Notes: generated by a model not told the origin, from the letters alone. Counted from the whole stretch's first letter, positions 37,093 through 50,519 are shown. The stretch is 63,596 nt of DNA, filler included, from Basidiobolus ranarum (GCA_040143965.1; 43 parts of 43 records of this genome joined end to end with filler, not necessarily neighbours in it), one strand, 5' to 3'. Translations and numbers: made by a program.

Positions 37093-38472
37093 CAAATGCA
37101 AACATTTTGGGCCACCAATAATCCCTGGATGCCAACATATATGATTTGGCAACACCAAAGTGTCCTGCTAGTGGTGAGTCATGTCTTTCCTGCATGATTT
37201 TGATTCTGGAAGTGTGGTCTGGAATGTCAAGTTGCTTCTTATAAAACCAGAGATCATTGATGATAGAGAAATGGCAGTACAGGTCCAAGCTTGAGAGGTC
37301 TTTGGGTGTTTCCTGGGCTTTCTTAATTGATATTACCAATGGGTCTTCAGATTGAAGTTTGCAGATGTCTTCATGGAATGTGCTTGAACTAAGCAGAGAA
37401 AGGGCAGTTACACTAAATTGAAGTTGGTGGGGCTTCAGTAACAAAGTATCTTGTTGGTCAAAGGCCTCATCCCCTCTTTAGGCTGATATTCTGCTCTATG
37501 TGATAAGGCATCAGGTTTTCCTTGCTGGCTACCTGGTCAATATGTAATCACAAAATCAAACTGGCAAGAAATAATGACCATCTTGCTTGATGATGGCTGA
37601 GAACTTTGGTGGTACTAAAATACTGAAGATTCTTGTAAACACAATTACCTGTGATTTTGTGATTTGCTCCATTCAAGTATTGTTGCCATTGTTCAAACGC
37701 AGCAATAAATGCTAATAGTTTCTTTTCATAGATGTCATAGTTGATTTCTGTAGCAGAGTACTTTCTTGAGTAAAAGGCAACAGGGTGTAGTAAGTTGTCA
37801 TCATCACACTGTGAAAGTACTGCTCCTGGAGCAAAGTTGGAAGCTATAGTTTCAACTATAAATGGCTTGTCTAGCATGGGATGTGCCAGGATTGGTCCTG
37901 AGGTAAAAGCACTCTTTTAAGTTACAAATGCTTGTTGGCAAGATTGGTTCCAGTCAAATTGGAGTTCTTTCTTTGTCAGGTTTGTTAATGGAGCAGATAT
38001 TTTGGAGTAGTTCTTGACAAACCATTGGTAAAAGTGTGCAAATCCAAGGAAAGATTGGACATCCTTCACATTCATGGGAACATCCCAAGACAGAACAGAA
38101 TCAATGTTCTTAGGATCCATGGAGATTCTTGATGTGCTGATATTGTATCCAAGGAATTTAACTTGAGCTTGATCAAATTCACATTTCTCAAGTTTAGCAT
38201 AGAGCCAAGAGGTTTTCAACTTTTCTAGGACTTTGGAAACATGAATAGTATGTTCTTCTTCAGAGCTTGAGAAGACTAAAATATTGTCATGGTAGATTAC
38301 CAGAAATTAATCAAGATACTCTCTGAAGATGCCATTCATCATGTGCTGAAAGACTGCAGGAGCATTGGTAAGTCCAAATGGCATGACATTGTATTCAAAG
38401 TGTCCATAGCAAGTTCAATAGGCAGTTTTCCATTGGTCTCCAGGTTTGATTCTTACAAGATTGTAAGCACCT
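37093..38472 (-). mobile_element. Degenerate Ty3/gypsy RT-RNase H-integrase zinc finger
   Basis: [47 protein letters not shown]. Confidence 0.95.
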
Positions 38473-40052
38473 NNNNNNNNNNNNNNNNNNNNNNNNNNNN
38501 NNNNNNNNNNNNNNNNTTAATTAATTAANNNNNNNNNNNNNNNNNNNNNNNNNNNNNNNNNNNNNNNNNNNNAAATTCCCTTGATTAGAAGATTTGAGAT
38601 TTTCTTCAATGAATATAGTATCTCTGGAGTTGATGATTTGATTTGTGCCAGCAATTAGAAGATGGTAGCCTTTGTTCTGATATTCTAATAGGATACATTT
38701 AATTGCCTTTTTGTCCAATTTCCTATGCTGAGGTTTTTCAATTGGAATTTACTTGGAATATTTTTACCAACTTAGAGGTTCTCAAGTATATAGATTTTGA
38801 TAACATGTGCTAGAAGCCCCAAGCTTTGCACACATGCTCCTGAGACCTTTCTTAACATATTTTGCTCATTAGTTTGTTTGCACCTTGACAAAACTATCAA
38901 TGTCAACTTTCAACTCAATAAATCAACAAGTGAAAACCACCAATTTCTCTAATTCTCCAAATCACTTCCAACACTCTCCCAAAATACTTTAACATGTAGA
39001 GTCAAATAATTGACCTAGATTTCTTACTTATTTAGTATACCTACCTGACATAAGAAAGACTTGTGATGGGATTTGAAATTCTCAAAGAGCGTATCACAGA
39101 GAGAAAGAATATGAAGTGCTGACTTATGAACTTATATGTAAATTTACTCACTACTCCATCAGCTTCAAGTATAGCTGACTCGGGTTAGGCATAAACAATA
39201 TCTATCAATAAAATTTTCACTTCAAAGTGTATGCTCACAACCAAGTCTGAATAGATAAACTCTCACCTTGCATTCCATAGGAATAAATATAAAGCATACC
39301 GATATCAAGCTTTGTGCCGGTTCAGTATAAAAGTATTCATTTCATGACTATATACTCCAAGAGTTACCAGAGACTTACTTCCCAGTAGAGTGAAATGTTA
39401 CCGTCCATCCCGCAGAGTATCTGTCCTCATGGATGAAGGTAAAATACCGATTATCAGGATTCACTAGTAATGATGCCATTATAAGTGATACCATAATGAC
39501 GGAGTATATGCTCACTGGTAACTTGTTGATGATCACTTAACTCCACGAATCGAATATTTAAGGAAATCTGGGGGATTAGTGATGGTTACTCAATCGACAG
39601 CCGTACCCCACCCTCATCGCCCCACGATTAGCCAGATTCCAACGCCAATGGAAAGAAACCACACTGAGTGTAATGTATGGGTGCTTAATAGTATTTTCAG
39701 ATATTACTCGTGTTCATTATTTAACGATGTTGATAGATATTGTAGAGACGTTTAGAAATCTTCCATATTTTGAAAATAGAATGACACTTATGAGAGATTG
39801 GGTGTTTGTTGGGGAGTGTATAGATATACCATGGTTAATTCTACATATTACAGTAGGGTACATTGGCCTACATATGGATCAAAAAGCCTATGTTTCCAAT
39901 TGTTGGAAGTATTTACAGGTCGATAATAGGCGGTTACAATTAGGTAGGTGAANNNNNNNNNNNNNNNNNNNNNNNNNNNNNNNNNNNNNNNNNNNNTTAA
40001 TTAATTAANNNNNNNNNNNNNNNNNNNNNNNNNNNNNNNNNNNNNNNNNNNN

Positions 40053-41432
40053 GGAGATGACCACTCATTGGATGCTATTGGAATGGGAATAATTCAGGTC
40101 AATTTGACTGGAGCCTCTGAAGAGTAAGTATATACTTTGAAGGATGTACTACATGTTCCAGATATTGGCAAGAATTTAATATCTGTATGCAAAGCCACCT
40201 CAGAAGGGCTAAAATTCAATTTTGATAACACAGGATGCCACATCACTTATCAAAATGGGAATTATTTAACTTTGGGAGAAAAAGATCACAAATTATACAA
40301 ATTTACATATAACCAAGACTATCAAAGCCCCTAACAAAAGTAAAATTGATTTGATGCAGATCATATCCACCCTCCAAAATAGTAAAACCATCAGAGAACC
40401 GTCACAATATTGTTAGCTTGCATTCTGCCAGGGATTTTGATGGTGTGATGGCGGTTTCTTGATGGTATCTTAATGGTATTCACACATGTTAAAATATTGA
40501 TCCTCAAATTTGGCATGGGTTATTCCATATCCACCAATTTTTGCAAAAATATAATTTTTGAATGGCAAGTTACTGGGTTTACTGCTGTAGGAATTCAAAT
40601 TAATATGCATGCCTTTATTTAGATATTTTAGGCTTTGTATTCCAGCCATAATGAGAATCAAAAAATTCAAGAATCTTGTTGTGTTTAGTCACTACATATG
40701 CACATATTTGACTGATTAGACATAACTCAACAACATCATTATGCTTTACCAGCAAACTATGGGTGGAAAAATTGCTAAACATTTGAAGTTTTGAATAGCA
40801 CTGACTCTTGGAAAATAGCTGACTCTTGTTACCATTCACAATGAGAATAAGCTCTTGGATTTTAGCAAATTTCCATGAAGAATTCAGCCAGTATATCCCC
40901 AACTTGCAGTCAACAAATGTCCTGCCACAAGTAGATGTGTCATTGCTTGAATAGATTACCCCATGGTTAAAACAATGATACTGCATATCTCCATCTATCT
41001 CACCAAGAAGTCTGTCTTGCAGCTTTCCTAAAAATACCGTCAGATTATCACACAAGCAAATTAGTCCAATTATAAAGGTACTTACTCTGTGTCCATGGAT
41101 TGGGCTTTGTTGCTGTAATTGTGCTCAAACAATGCAAAAACCCATGAGCACATTGAAAAGAGCCCTTTGTTGGCAGATTAATATACTCTGGAGTCTCCTT
41201 AACCCATCACATTACATCCATCACTGATTTTGCTGATACATTGTTAATCAGATTAGCATACGGTAATACTGATGATTTCACACAGAGCATCATTTCACCG
41301 CAGGTGTGCTCCATTGGGAACTCCCAGAATGTATAGCAAGGGCCTATAATCTCTAAGCATTGTGAAAGATGCAGCAGGGAATGTATTGAATACCAGCATA
41401 GATTCAGTCTATCTTCTTTAAACCTGTAATAA
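40053..41432. mobile_element. Copia protease region (40053-40328, +) interrupted by the CACTA right end and transposase (40329-41432, -)
   Basis: LKDVLHVPDIGKNLISV, then CCCTAACAAAAG; WEFPMEHTC on the minus strand. Confidence 0.88.
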
Positions 41433-41532
41433 NNNNNNNNNNNNNNNNNNNNNNNNNNNNNNNNNNNNNNNNNNNNTTAATTAATTAANNNNNNNNNNNN
41501 NNNNNNNNNNNNNNNNNNNNNNNNNNNNNNNN

Positions 41533-42912
41533 TGGCGTGAAAAGATTCGTTACTTTCGCGCGATGGTGTTTTTGGTCCTGCTTATGATCTCACTTCTATT
41601 CGTGTTGCCGTTTTTTATTTGTAAACCATCTCCTGGAGTAGGAAAAGGAATCATTACAGTGGATAAACCTTATTGTATGTTCCTTGACATATTTTACATA
41701 GCATTCATGGTTTGCGCCTTGGGTATTATGGCATTCAATGTGGTAGCAGCAATTATTGTCCAACGTTCAGGAAAGATCTACAAATCTGCATTGGACCCCT
41801 CTGTAAAGCCGAAGAAACTTCTAGCTTTACACATTCCCTGCTACAGTGAAAGTAAAGAAGTCATGTTAAAAACTATCAATTCAGTGGTCCAAAGCGAATA
41901 TGAAGACGAACATAAGCTATTATTTGTTGTTGCTGATGGTGATGTTACCGGGTCTGGAAACGATAAGTCTACACCAAGAATATTGGTTGAAGATATTTTC
42001 AAGTGCCAAGATAAAGCCAAGCCCTTGATGTACCAATCAGTCGGACACGGTGATGAGCGATTGAACAAGGCTTGCGTATACACTGGATTCTATTCACCGG
42101 ATAATGAACCCGAAAGGAAAATCAAATATCTTCTTATTATCAAGGTTGGTTTAGAGACAGAAAAAGGTGCCGCAAAACCAGGAAACCGTTCAAAACGTGA
42201 TTCACAGTTAATCGTATACAATTTCTTCAGAGAAGCGAATGGATTTTTCCTCGATGATGTTTTAAGGAAAATCGAAACCGAAGACGAAGATCCTTTCATG
42301 AATACTGCTTACGAATTTGATGGTTCTCTCGGCTCAACAGGAGTGAATAAAGAAATCGCCAGAACTAGTGCATACATTCAAGATCTGTCTTTGTGGGGTT
42401 CAGGTCCAGGTGCCGGATTCAGTGTTACTTCTCTCGCGTCATCTTACTCAACTCCTGGGTTTGCATCTAGCACCACCTCGCTATCAGGCAGCTCTCATAA
42501 ACGAAGCAAGACGCGCTTCAGCTGCCCTATGTTTGCGGAAATGTATGGCGCTCTTAAGCGTATTCGCTGCAATGCCAAACATGTTGAATATGTTCTAGTA
42601 GCCGATGCTGATACGTACATTCGACCAAACGGCCTTGATATCCTTGTCCATGCTCTCGAAACTGATACTACTTTGTCCGGCGTATGCGGTGAGACGAAAG
42701 TAGAAAATCGTAGACAAAGTTACATTACAATGATTCAAGTATTTGAATACTTTCTTACTCATTGCTTGCTAAAGTCATTCGAGTCGTTCTATGCGAATGT
42801 TCTGGTTCTATCAGGGTGCTTCACAGTCTATAGACTCAAAAGATATACTAAAGACCCAAAAACTGGAAAAGTTACTGCTAAACCGGCAGTCCTTGATCCA
42901 AGAATCATGAGA
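41533..42912 (+). CDS. Chitin synthase, division 2 type (Chitin_synth_2), internal fragment
   Basis: Open across the whole contig: WREK, PCYSE, VADG, GNRSKRDSQ, DADT, CGET, QVFEY, KSFES, LSGCF. Confidence 0.95.
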
Positions 42913-43402
42913 NNNNNNNNNNNNNNNNNNNNNNNNNNNNNNNNNNNNNNNNNNNNTTAATTAATTAANNNNNNNNNNNNNNNNNNNNNNNNNNNNNNNN
43001 NNNNNNNNNNNNCAGCATGCTGCATAAGGTCTCCCTTTACATTGTTGTAGTGTGGTACTACTCAGTGTGCTTTGCAATGTTTGGGTGGATTTCTGCTTGC
43101 CTTTAAGATTGGGGCTGATTTCAACACTTGGAAAAGTACCAGTTGAGGGGGGAGAGCCAGGAGTTTCATTTGCCAGTATTTAGGCCTGTTGAGAGTTTAC
43201 ATGTGTTGGATAAACTTCTGACTATAGCACTGGTTCAGCTGGTGTATTTGGTAGCATGGTAAAATCAAGCCTTTTGCCATCATATCTGGCTCCAATAATA
43301 CAGAGCTTTTTAATAGTGTGAAGTATTTGGTAAGTGGGACAGCAGAGCCTAAAATCACTGGCTCCTTTATTTTTCCCATAAATGTACTTGTTGCATTTCA
43401 TT

Positions 43403-44260
43403 GAGCCAGATCAGGCAAGCTAAAAAGTGTGCCAGCACAAATTGGCACTATTGGGTACTATCTGGCACAATGTTATTTACCATTACTGAAACAGTTGTTT
43501 TACTTATGTGATATGTTTAGGAAAAGTGCTATTAGACATTATTGCACATTCAAAAGATGATGAAAGCTTTATTCATAGTGTTTTAAGTCTAGAGTTCCAA
43601 ATAGATATCTTTTAGTATGAATGTATCAGAAATTAATCCAGATTTTGACTACTCTGCATAACTTTGGTTGAGGCCCACAAAATGATTTCCCTTTATACTT
43701 TCATGCTGCAATGCTCTATCTCTTTAGGAAACCAGAGCTATGTTCTACTCTTGCTCTAAAATGGGAAAAAATGTCATTATAGAGCTTTTGCCTCTCTGCA
43801 AGTATCCCTCATCTGGGTCTCTTGATATCTGTGACATGTTATAGCCTTCTGCATTCTTCCCCAACATATGCCAAATCAGCAAGAGTCTTCTCATATCTTA
43901 CAAATGGTGCATGCCTCTCAACCCAAAGCTTTTTGTTGTGGTGTCTCACTGGATGTGGCCCACTAAACCAAACAATATTTCTTTTCAAATCTGTCAAAGA
44001 CTGGAACTTTACATAGTGAGCTTTGTACTTGCCAGAATAGAATAGCTTTAGGTTACTTTTGGGCCTATTAATTCGCACAGGATATGTGTCAAGAATACTT
44101 CTGATGTGATCTCTATTGGGAAATACTGAGAGAAATGGAAGGAAATTAGAGTCTTTGAGTATTTTGTCCCAGGCACCTTCAACATCCTTCATCACTGAAG
44201 CTAGAAAATTCTCACTTAGTTGAAGCCTGGTATGGAAGCTCCTCCCACTTTTACTACCAT
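43403..44260 (-). mobile_element. Second copy of the PIF/ISL2EU-type DDE transposase with its terminus
   Basis: ILDTYPVRINRP..FYSGKYKAH.VKFQ..D..SGPHP..LADLAY..RARVEH; collinear with 11158-11788. Confidence 0.82.
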
Positions 44261-44493
44261 TAATAGACTTGTTTCATTGGACCAGGTCAGATCGTGCCGC
44301 TCAATCCAGCCTGCTAGTACACCATCTGGCATGATCTGTCAATTACCATGGCTGGGTCCCCTAACAGAAATTTGAGGATTGTTATTGTAGGANNNNNNNN
44401 NNNNNNNNNNNNNNNNNNNNNNNNNNNNNNNNNNNNTTAATTAATTAANNNNNNNNNNNNNNNNNNNNNNNNNNNNNNNNNNNNNNNNNNNNG

Positions 44494-44607
44494 ATAATGT
44501 CACAGCTCCAGTTCAGGCATGAGTCCCCGGAGCCAATCGTGCCCGTCGTGCTCCCAGAAGAAAAACTGAGCAAAAGCTTACTTGATTTCCTTGCTATCCA
44601 GCCCTAA
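44494..44607 (+). CDS. Possible 3' end of an unknown gene
   Basis: IMSQLQFRHESPEPIVPVVLPEEKLSKSLLDFLAIQP* is open from the contig edge and has coding-like composition. Confidence 0.35.
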   Translation: MMSQLQFRHESPEPIVPVVLPEEKLSKSLLDFLAIQP

Positions 44608-45523
44608 TAAACCAACTTATTGCATATATATTTCTTTTGCCAGCATCGAACAAAATGTGTCAATATGATTTACAACCCTCTGTCGAAATTTCAACAGATG
44701 ACTAACAGCTAATGATTGATGAAGTCTACCGAATCATCGATAGCTCTACGGTTGAAGTGTTTTTTCATTCAGTAGATATGTATGTATATCTCCTAATCAT
44801 TTACCTAACGAGAGCGAAGTCTTATTTGAGTTCATATTGTTATTGTGAATTATTCCTCTCGTATTCTTTCTATCTCTTTCACGATCAATGGTGCATATGT
44901 TGTGGTGTGACTTTGGTTCAACGATATTGAGCGAAGTAATTAATAATTATTGTCCAACTCAAGACTCCCAGAGCTACGGGAGCATATAAAACTCTCGAAG
45001 CCTTGACCAGAGTGCCTCATCCTGATAATCACAAAACATCCAACTTCTTTGAGCCTTCTGTGCACTAGCAGATTTCATGGAACACATATTTCATTGAAAC
45101 GATGTTGGCACCATTCACAGTTGTAAGCCGATGTGGTCCTTACCAGTTATTGGACTATAAACACTTATATAACTTTAGAACTCAATTTAGAGCCCATCTG
45201 CAACCATAGATCGCTATATTATTGGCAAGAATATCACATGGTTAAATGGCTTTATGTCACGGAATATAAAGAAGTTGGGTTAGGACACAATTTGAGGATT
45301 GGAAAGACTCTACAACAAAAATAACTGACTGTATTTGCAGTACAACTATAATAATTACCAGAGTTTATGGGTAAGTTAGCCTCAGCCTGGGTTACTGGCT
45401 TTGTATACACTAACTTAACACTCTCGCCCTTACTCTGTACAATGATTACATTGAAGTTTATTGCCGCTTATTTATTTGCGTACAGATTAATTACAATTGG
45501 ATAACTCTCCAACGGATGAGCAA

Positions 45524-45826
45524 TTATGTGTAGATCTCGGTACTCCCAACTAAATCACGCACTTTTAGAGCAAGGGTCGATACATCCTGATCACTTTGCA
45601 TCGTATCTTCGTGTCCTAGTGTCTTGAGCATACTAAGAAGGGCGTCTTTGCCAACTGATTCCAAGTGAAGCTCGGGGTCCTTGACTAATGTTTTCAGTTC
45701 TTCAATCTCTACTTGCGCCACTGATTCATCTTCTTGGTCATCGTCATCATGGGCCTCTACAACCTCAAAGTCTCCATCTTGTGCTTCGTCGTAGTCATCG
45801 TGATTTTCATATTTGGGATCAGGCAT
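45524..45826 (-). CDS. Small acidic hypothetical protein (100 aa)
   Basis: Complete ATG-to-stop ORF, D/E-rich N-terminal half, good start context (ACCATG), CpG retained. Confidence 0.65.
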   Translation of the reverse strand: MPDPKYENHDDYDEAQDGDFEVVEAHDDDDQEDESVAQVEIEELKTLVKDPELHLESVGKDALLSMLKTLGHEDTMQSDQDVSTLALKVRDLVGSTEIYT

Positions 45827-46177
45827 GGTTAATGATTGAGTGAATATTAAGAGGGGATGCTTCCGTATAAGNNNNNNNNNNNNNNNNNNNNNNNNNNNNN
45901 NNNNNNNNNNNNNNNTTAATTAATTAANNNNNNNNNNNNNNNNNNNNNNNNNNNNNNNNNNNNNNNNNNNNGGGACTCAAACTTATAATCCAGACTCTGC
46001 CGGTACACTTTTAACAATTCATGGCAACTGAAGAAATCTACCACTAAATAAAGATACTATCGTCTAAAATTTTCAAATCATTCAAGTTACGAAGCTGTGC
46101 ACATGTTTCTTTAATCAGAAAAGCATTATGTAAGAGACTGAGAATTGTCATCTCTCAAAAGTACAAGGACAAAAAAA

Positions 46178-46201
46178 TGCCACCTCTGCGGATTGAACGC
46201 A

Positions 46202-46243
<42 letters not shown>

Positions 46244-46250
46244 AGGTGGC
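46178..46250 (-). tRNA. tRNA-Phe(GAA), intronless
   Basis: GCCACCT acceptor stem, TAGCTCAGTTGGGAGAGC D arm, CAGA-CTGAAGA-TCTG anticodon arm, GTTCAATCC T loop, followed by a T7 Pol III terminator. Confidence 0.97.
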
Positions 46251-46371
46251 TAATTGATTATTCATCCTTAAGACCTATTAAACTCTTTCCATTTTTGAAT
46301 GACCCACAATCAAGTAAGGAAGCTATCGGTCGACTAGGCAGGTCATCTATCCACTGGAATTAACGATAACA

Positions 46372-47350
46372 AGCTGCACTTTTTGATTCAGGTGCTTCCT
46401 TCTATTTTATTGACTCCGGCTTTGTTAAATCCCACTCTACGCCAACAATCAAGAAATCTAGTCCAGTTCTTGTAGAAGTAATTGATAGAAGGCTGTTATC
46501 ATTGGGTGCTGTAACACATGAGACAACCTTTATGACACTCATCTCCACTGCACACCAAGAAGAAATAGCCAGAACTCAATATTCAGAAAGAGCATGTTGC
46601 AGAAAATCTGGAGAAAGGATATATCCAACATTGAAAGTCTCCAGCAGGCTCTCCTATCATATTTATTAAGAAAAAGGATGGATCCCTCCATCTCAGTGTT
46701 GACTATTGAGGCTTAAATAGTATTCAAGTAAAGAATTGGTTCCCCGTGCCATTAATCAAGTTACTGTTGGATCAGCTTGCTGCAGCCAAGGTATTAACAA
46801 AGATTGATTTAAGATGTGCTTCCAATATTGTAAGAACCAAACCAGGAGACCAATGGAAAACTGCCTTTGGAACTTGCTATGGACACTTCAAATACAACAT
46901 CATGCAATTTAAACTTACCAATGCCCCTGCAGTCTTTCAACATATGATGAACAATATCTTCAAAGAGTATCTTAACCAGTTTGTGGTAGTCTACTTTGAC
47001 AGTATCTTGGTCTTCTTAAACTCTCAAGAAAAACATAATATTCATGTTTCCCCAGTCCTTGAAAAGCTGAAAACATCTGGTTTCTGTGCTGATCTTGAGG
47101 AATGTTGTTTTGACCAGGCTCAAGTTGAATACCTTGGATACAGTGTTAGCCCATCAGGCATCTGCATGGACCCTAAGAATCTTAATTCTGTTCTGTCTTT
47201 GGATACTCCCCAGAATGAAAAGGATGTCCAATCTTTCCTTGCATTTGCAAATTTTTACCATTGGTTTGTCAAGAACTACTCTAAAATATCTGCTCCATTA
47301 ACAAACCTTACAAAGAAAGAACTCCCATTGGACGGTTAACCAGCTTGCCA
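46372..47350 (+). mobile_element. Degenerate Ty3/gypsy protease-RT
   Basis: [36 protein letters not shown], and YFDSI (decayed YLDD). Confidence 0.93.
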
Positions 47351-48929
47351 NNNNNNNNNNNNNNNNNNNNNNNNNNNNNNNNNNNNNNNNNNNNTTAATT
47401 AATTAANNNNNNNNNNNNNNNNNNNNNNNNNNNNNNNNNNNNNNNNNNNNTTTCAAAATTAGATTTTTGCAAAAATTGCTGGAAATTAAATAACACATGC
47501 CAAATATGAGGATCAATATTTTAACATGTATGAATACTATCAAAATACCATCAAGATGCCACCTTCTCACCATCAAGATCCATGGCAGAATGCAAGCCAT
47601 CAATATTGTGATGGTTCTCTGATGGTTTTGTAATTTAGATGGGCAAATCCAATTTGGATCAAATCAATTTTATTATTGTTAGGGAGCCATGATTCTGCTC
47701 TTGGCATACTGATCCACTGCATGTGGAACTCTTTTATTATGAGATTATGGCAATACATCTGCAGTGCCATCCTTTCTTGGTATATCCAGGTTACCTTGTA
47801 TAGAAGTTATGTTCTTTGGAACATTTGATGAAACCCAACCAAACATGTCTTCCCATACATAGTGTATTTCCGCCAAGACCTTCCATTGAAGGTCACCTGA
47901 TCATTCTTACATCATCCCACTTTGTGTTAGTCCTTGTAGTCTTCAACACCCCAACACTTGAACTTGCCACAGAATATTCCCTTTATAGTATATTATGTTT
48001 CATCCTGCAACTTCTATATAAGCTCCCTGTTTTACTTGATCAGACATCCATCTCAACAATGCCAGTTATCAATAAAGATTCTTGCTGAAGTATCTTCCTT
48101 GTCCAGTCTGCTCTTATCTTGCTGTGTGGTTTACACTCAAGTACTCTCCTGCCTTCTAGCCTCTTGTCATTGTTTCCAGTCCTTGTCCAGTTACTTATTG
48201 TAACATTTTGATCAGACTTGTTATACTTGCGTGTAGACTTCTCTCCATATCAGTTCTCCAACCTTAAAACCCCCCAAGGTTGGCTTCCCTCTTATTCCCC
48301 ATCTATGCCAAGCTATCAACTATTATCAAGATAATAGGACACAACTCTTGGACCTTGCTGAATTGGCTTAAAACACCTAGATCAGTGGATATTGATGGGA
48401 GTCCTGGTAAAGTATGACCCTAACAAAAATTTGAGGATTGTTATTGTAGGAAAACCATCACAATTTTAATCCATTTGGGGTTGACTATTTACTTACCGTC
48501 ATAATATCATCAAGTTAAATTTGATTTTAATCAATTTTTTCAGTTTCAGGAGTGAAATTTCAAGATCTTGCAAAATAGTTGCAAATGATTGGCTACAATT
48601 TTAGAGACCTATGGATGAACACATGAGTGAAAAACATAACTCAAATTTTACACAATTACCACTTGAATGCTAATTTGTCACCTTCAAAATCCCTCATTTC
48701 TTTGATATATTCTCCTGAATATTTTTATAGAGTTCTTCATATCCAAGGTTTAGCTCATACCCAACACAAGTTTGTGTCAATATCTCCATCAAAGCCCACC
48801 TTTGTATTAACATTGCTGAATCAACATTCNNNNNNNNNNNNNNNNNNNNNNNNNNNNNNNNNNNNNNNNNNNNTTAATTAATTAANNNNNNNNNNNNNNN
48901 NNNNNNNNNNNNNNNNNNNNNNNNNNNNN

Positions 48930-50087
48930 CTAATAAAACTGGGTTTGTCTTATCTGGCCTGAAGTAAATACTATAGTCAGCATTACTCTTTTGGAATTTG
49001 AGTGTTTTCAAAAAAGCATCTATCTTGCTATTCCAAGCTTTTGTGGATTGTTTAAGCCATAGAGTGTTTTTTGGAGTCTGCAGACTTTTTTAGGGTTTTG
49101 TGAGTCCATAAATCCATCTGGCTGGTGCATATTGATCTTCTCAGCATGCTCACTATTAAAAAAAGCAGTTTCAACATCCACTTTATGTATAATACACTGA
49201 TATTTAGCTGAAATTGATAAATCCATTCAATTTAATAAAACCTGGCTAAAGGAGCAAAAGTTTCTGTATAATCTATTCCTGGTGTTTGGGGATACCCTTT
49301 GGCAACTAGTCTAGCCTTGTACCTCTCTATATTGCCTTCAGAGTTATACTTAATGTTAAACACCCATTGGCAGCCAATGGATTTACTAGCAGCAGATAAG
49401 CTGGTTAAGATCCAAATTTCATTATCAATCAAAGCCTTGTACTCATCAGCAATTGAAGATCTCCAAAATTATGTCTGAGGGCCATTCAGGGCCTCTTTTA
49501 CAGTCTGAGGTTCAAGTATTTGTGTTTTGCAGGCACAGGCCCCATTTTGGTACTCATTGATATAGTAATTGGGGCTATTTCTCATCCAATTTGATCACCT
49601 GGTTTGGGATAAAGGAACTACAACTTCTGGTATTGTATTGGGCACTTCAGTAAGCAAAATTTCAGTTGAAGGGTCCACAGGAACCCTATTTTCATCATTG
49701 TCCTGGTTTGAATCAATTTGAACAGCAGGAAATTGATTTTGTCTTCATCTGAGGTCATTTTGGGGGAAAATGTTTCATTTTTATTAAACATAGCATCCCT
49801 GGACTTGATTAACTTGAAATTTTGTTATCATAGAATCTGTAGGCCTTAGTTTGAGAACATTAACCCAGAAACATCTATTTCTCACTTTTTGCATGAAATT
49901 GACCAATTCTTGCTCATAATTCTGACATAAGCAATGCACACAAAGATCCTCAAATGGTTTACATCAGGTTCAACTCCAAATCATGCTTGTTATGGTGTAA
50001 AGTTTGACAGACTTCTAGTAAACTCCTTTCCAAAATTTATGAAATAGCTTTTGTGCACTTCTTAAAGCTGTTGCCATTGCTATTATA
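48930..50087 (-). mobile_element. Degenerate copia integrase C-terminus and RT
   Basis: [43 protein letters not shown]. Confidence 0.92.
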
Positions 50088-50429
50088 TGTCATGATTCTG
50101 ATCTCGGCATACTGATCCACTGCATATGGAACTCTTCTATTATTAGATTATGACATCATATCTACTGTGCCATCCCTTCTCGGCAATCTGGTGTCAGTTC
50201 ATCCAGATTACCTTATATGGAAGTCATGTTCTTTGGAACATTCCATGAAACCTAACCAATCATGTCATCCCACACATAGTGTATTTCCGCCAAGACCTTC
50301 CATGGAAGNNNNNNNNNNNNNNNNNNNNNNNNNNNNNNNNNNNNNNNNNNNNTTAATTAATTAANNNNNNNNNNNNNNNNNNNNNNNNNNNNNNNNNNNN
50401 NNNNNNNNCACAAGAACCTGATATTCGCA

Positions 50430-50519
50430 CTAACATCTCCATCTAACCCTAACATCTCCATCTAACCCTAACATCTCCATCTAACCCTAACATCTCCATC
50501 TAACCCTAACATCTCCATC
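50430..50519. repeat. 19-bp tandem repeat CTAACATCTCCATCTAACC x4.7
   Basis: Perfect units start at 50430, 50449, 50468 and 50487, with a partial unit at 50506. Confidence 0.95.

Noticed and set aside
46145..46363. 72-aa ORF; also the idea of Ty3 targeting the tRNA gene
   Set aside because: The ORF is antisense to tRNA-Phe. The adjacent gypsy piece is an internal fragment with no LTR end, so targeting cannot be claimed.
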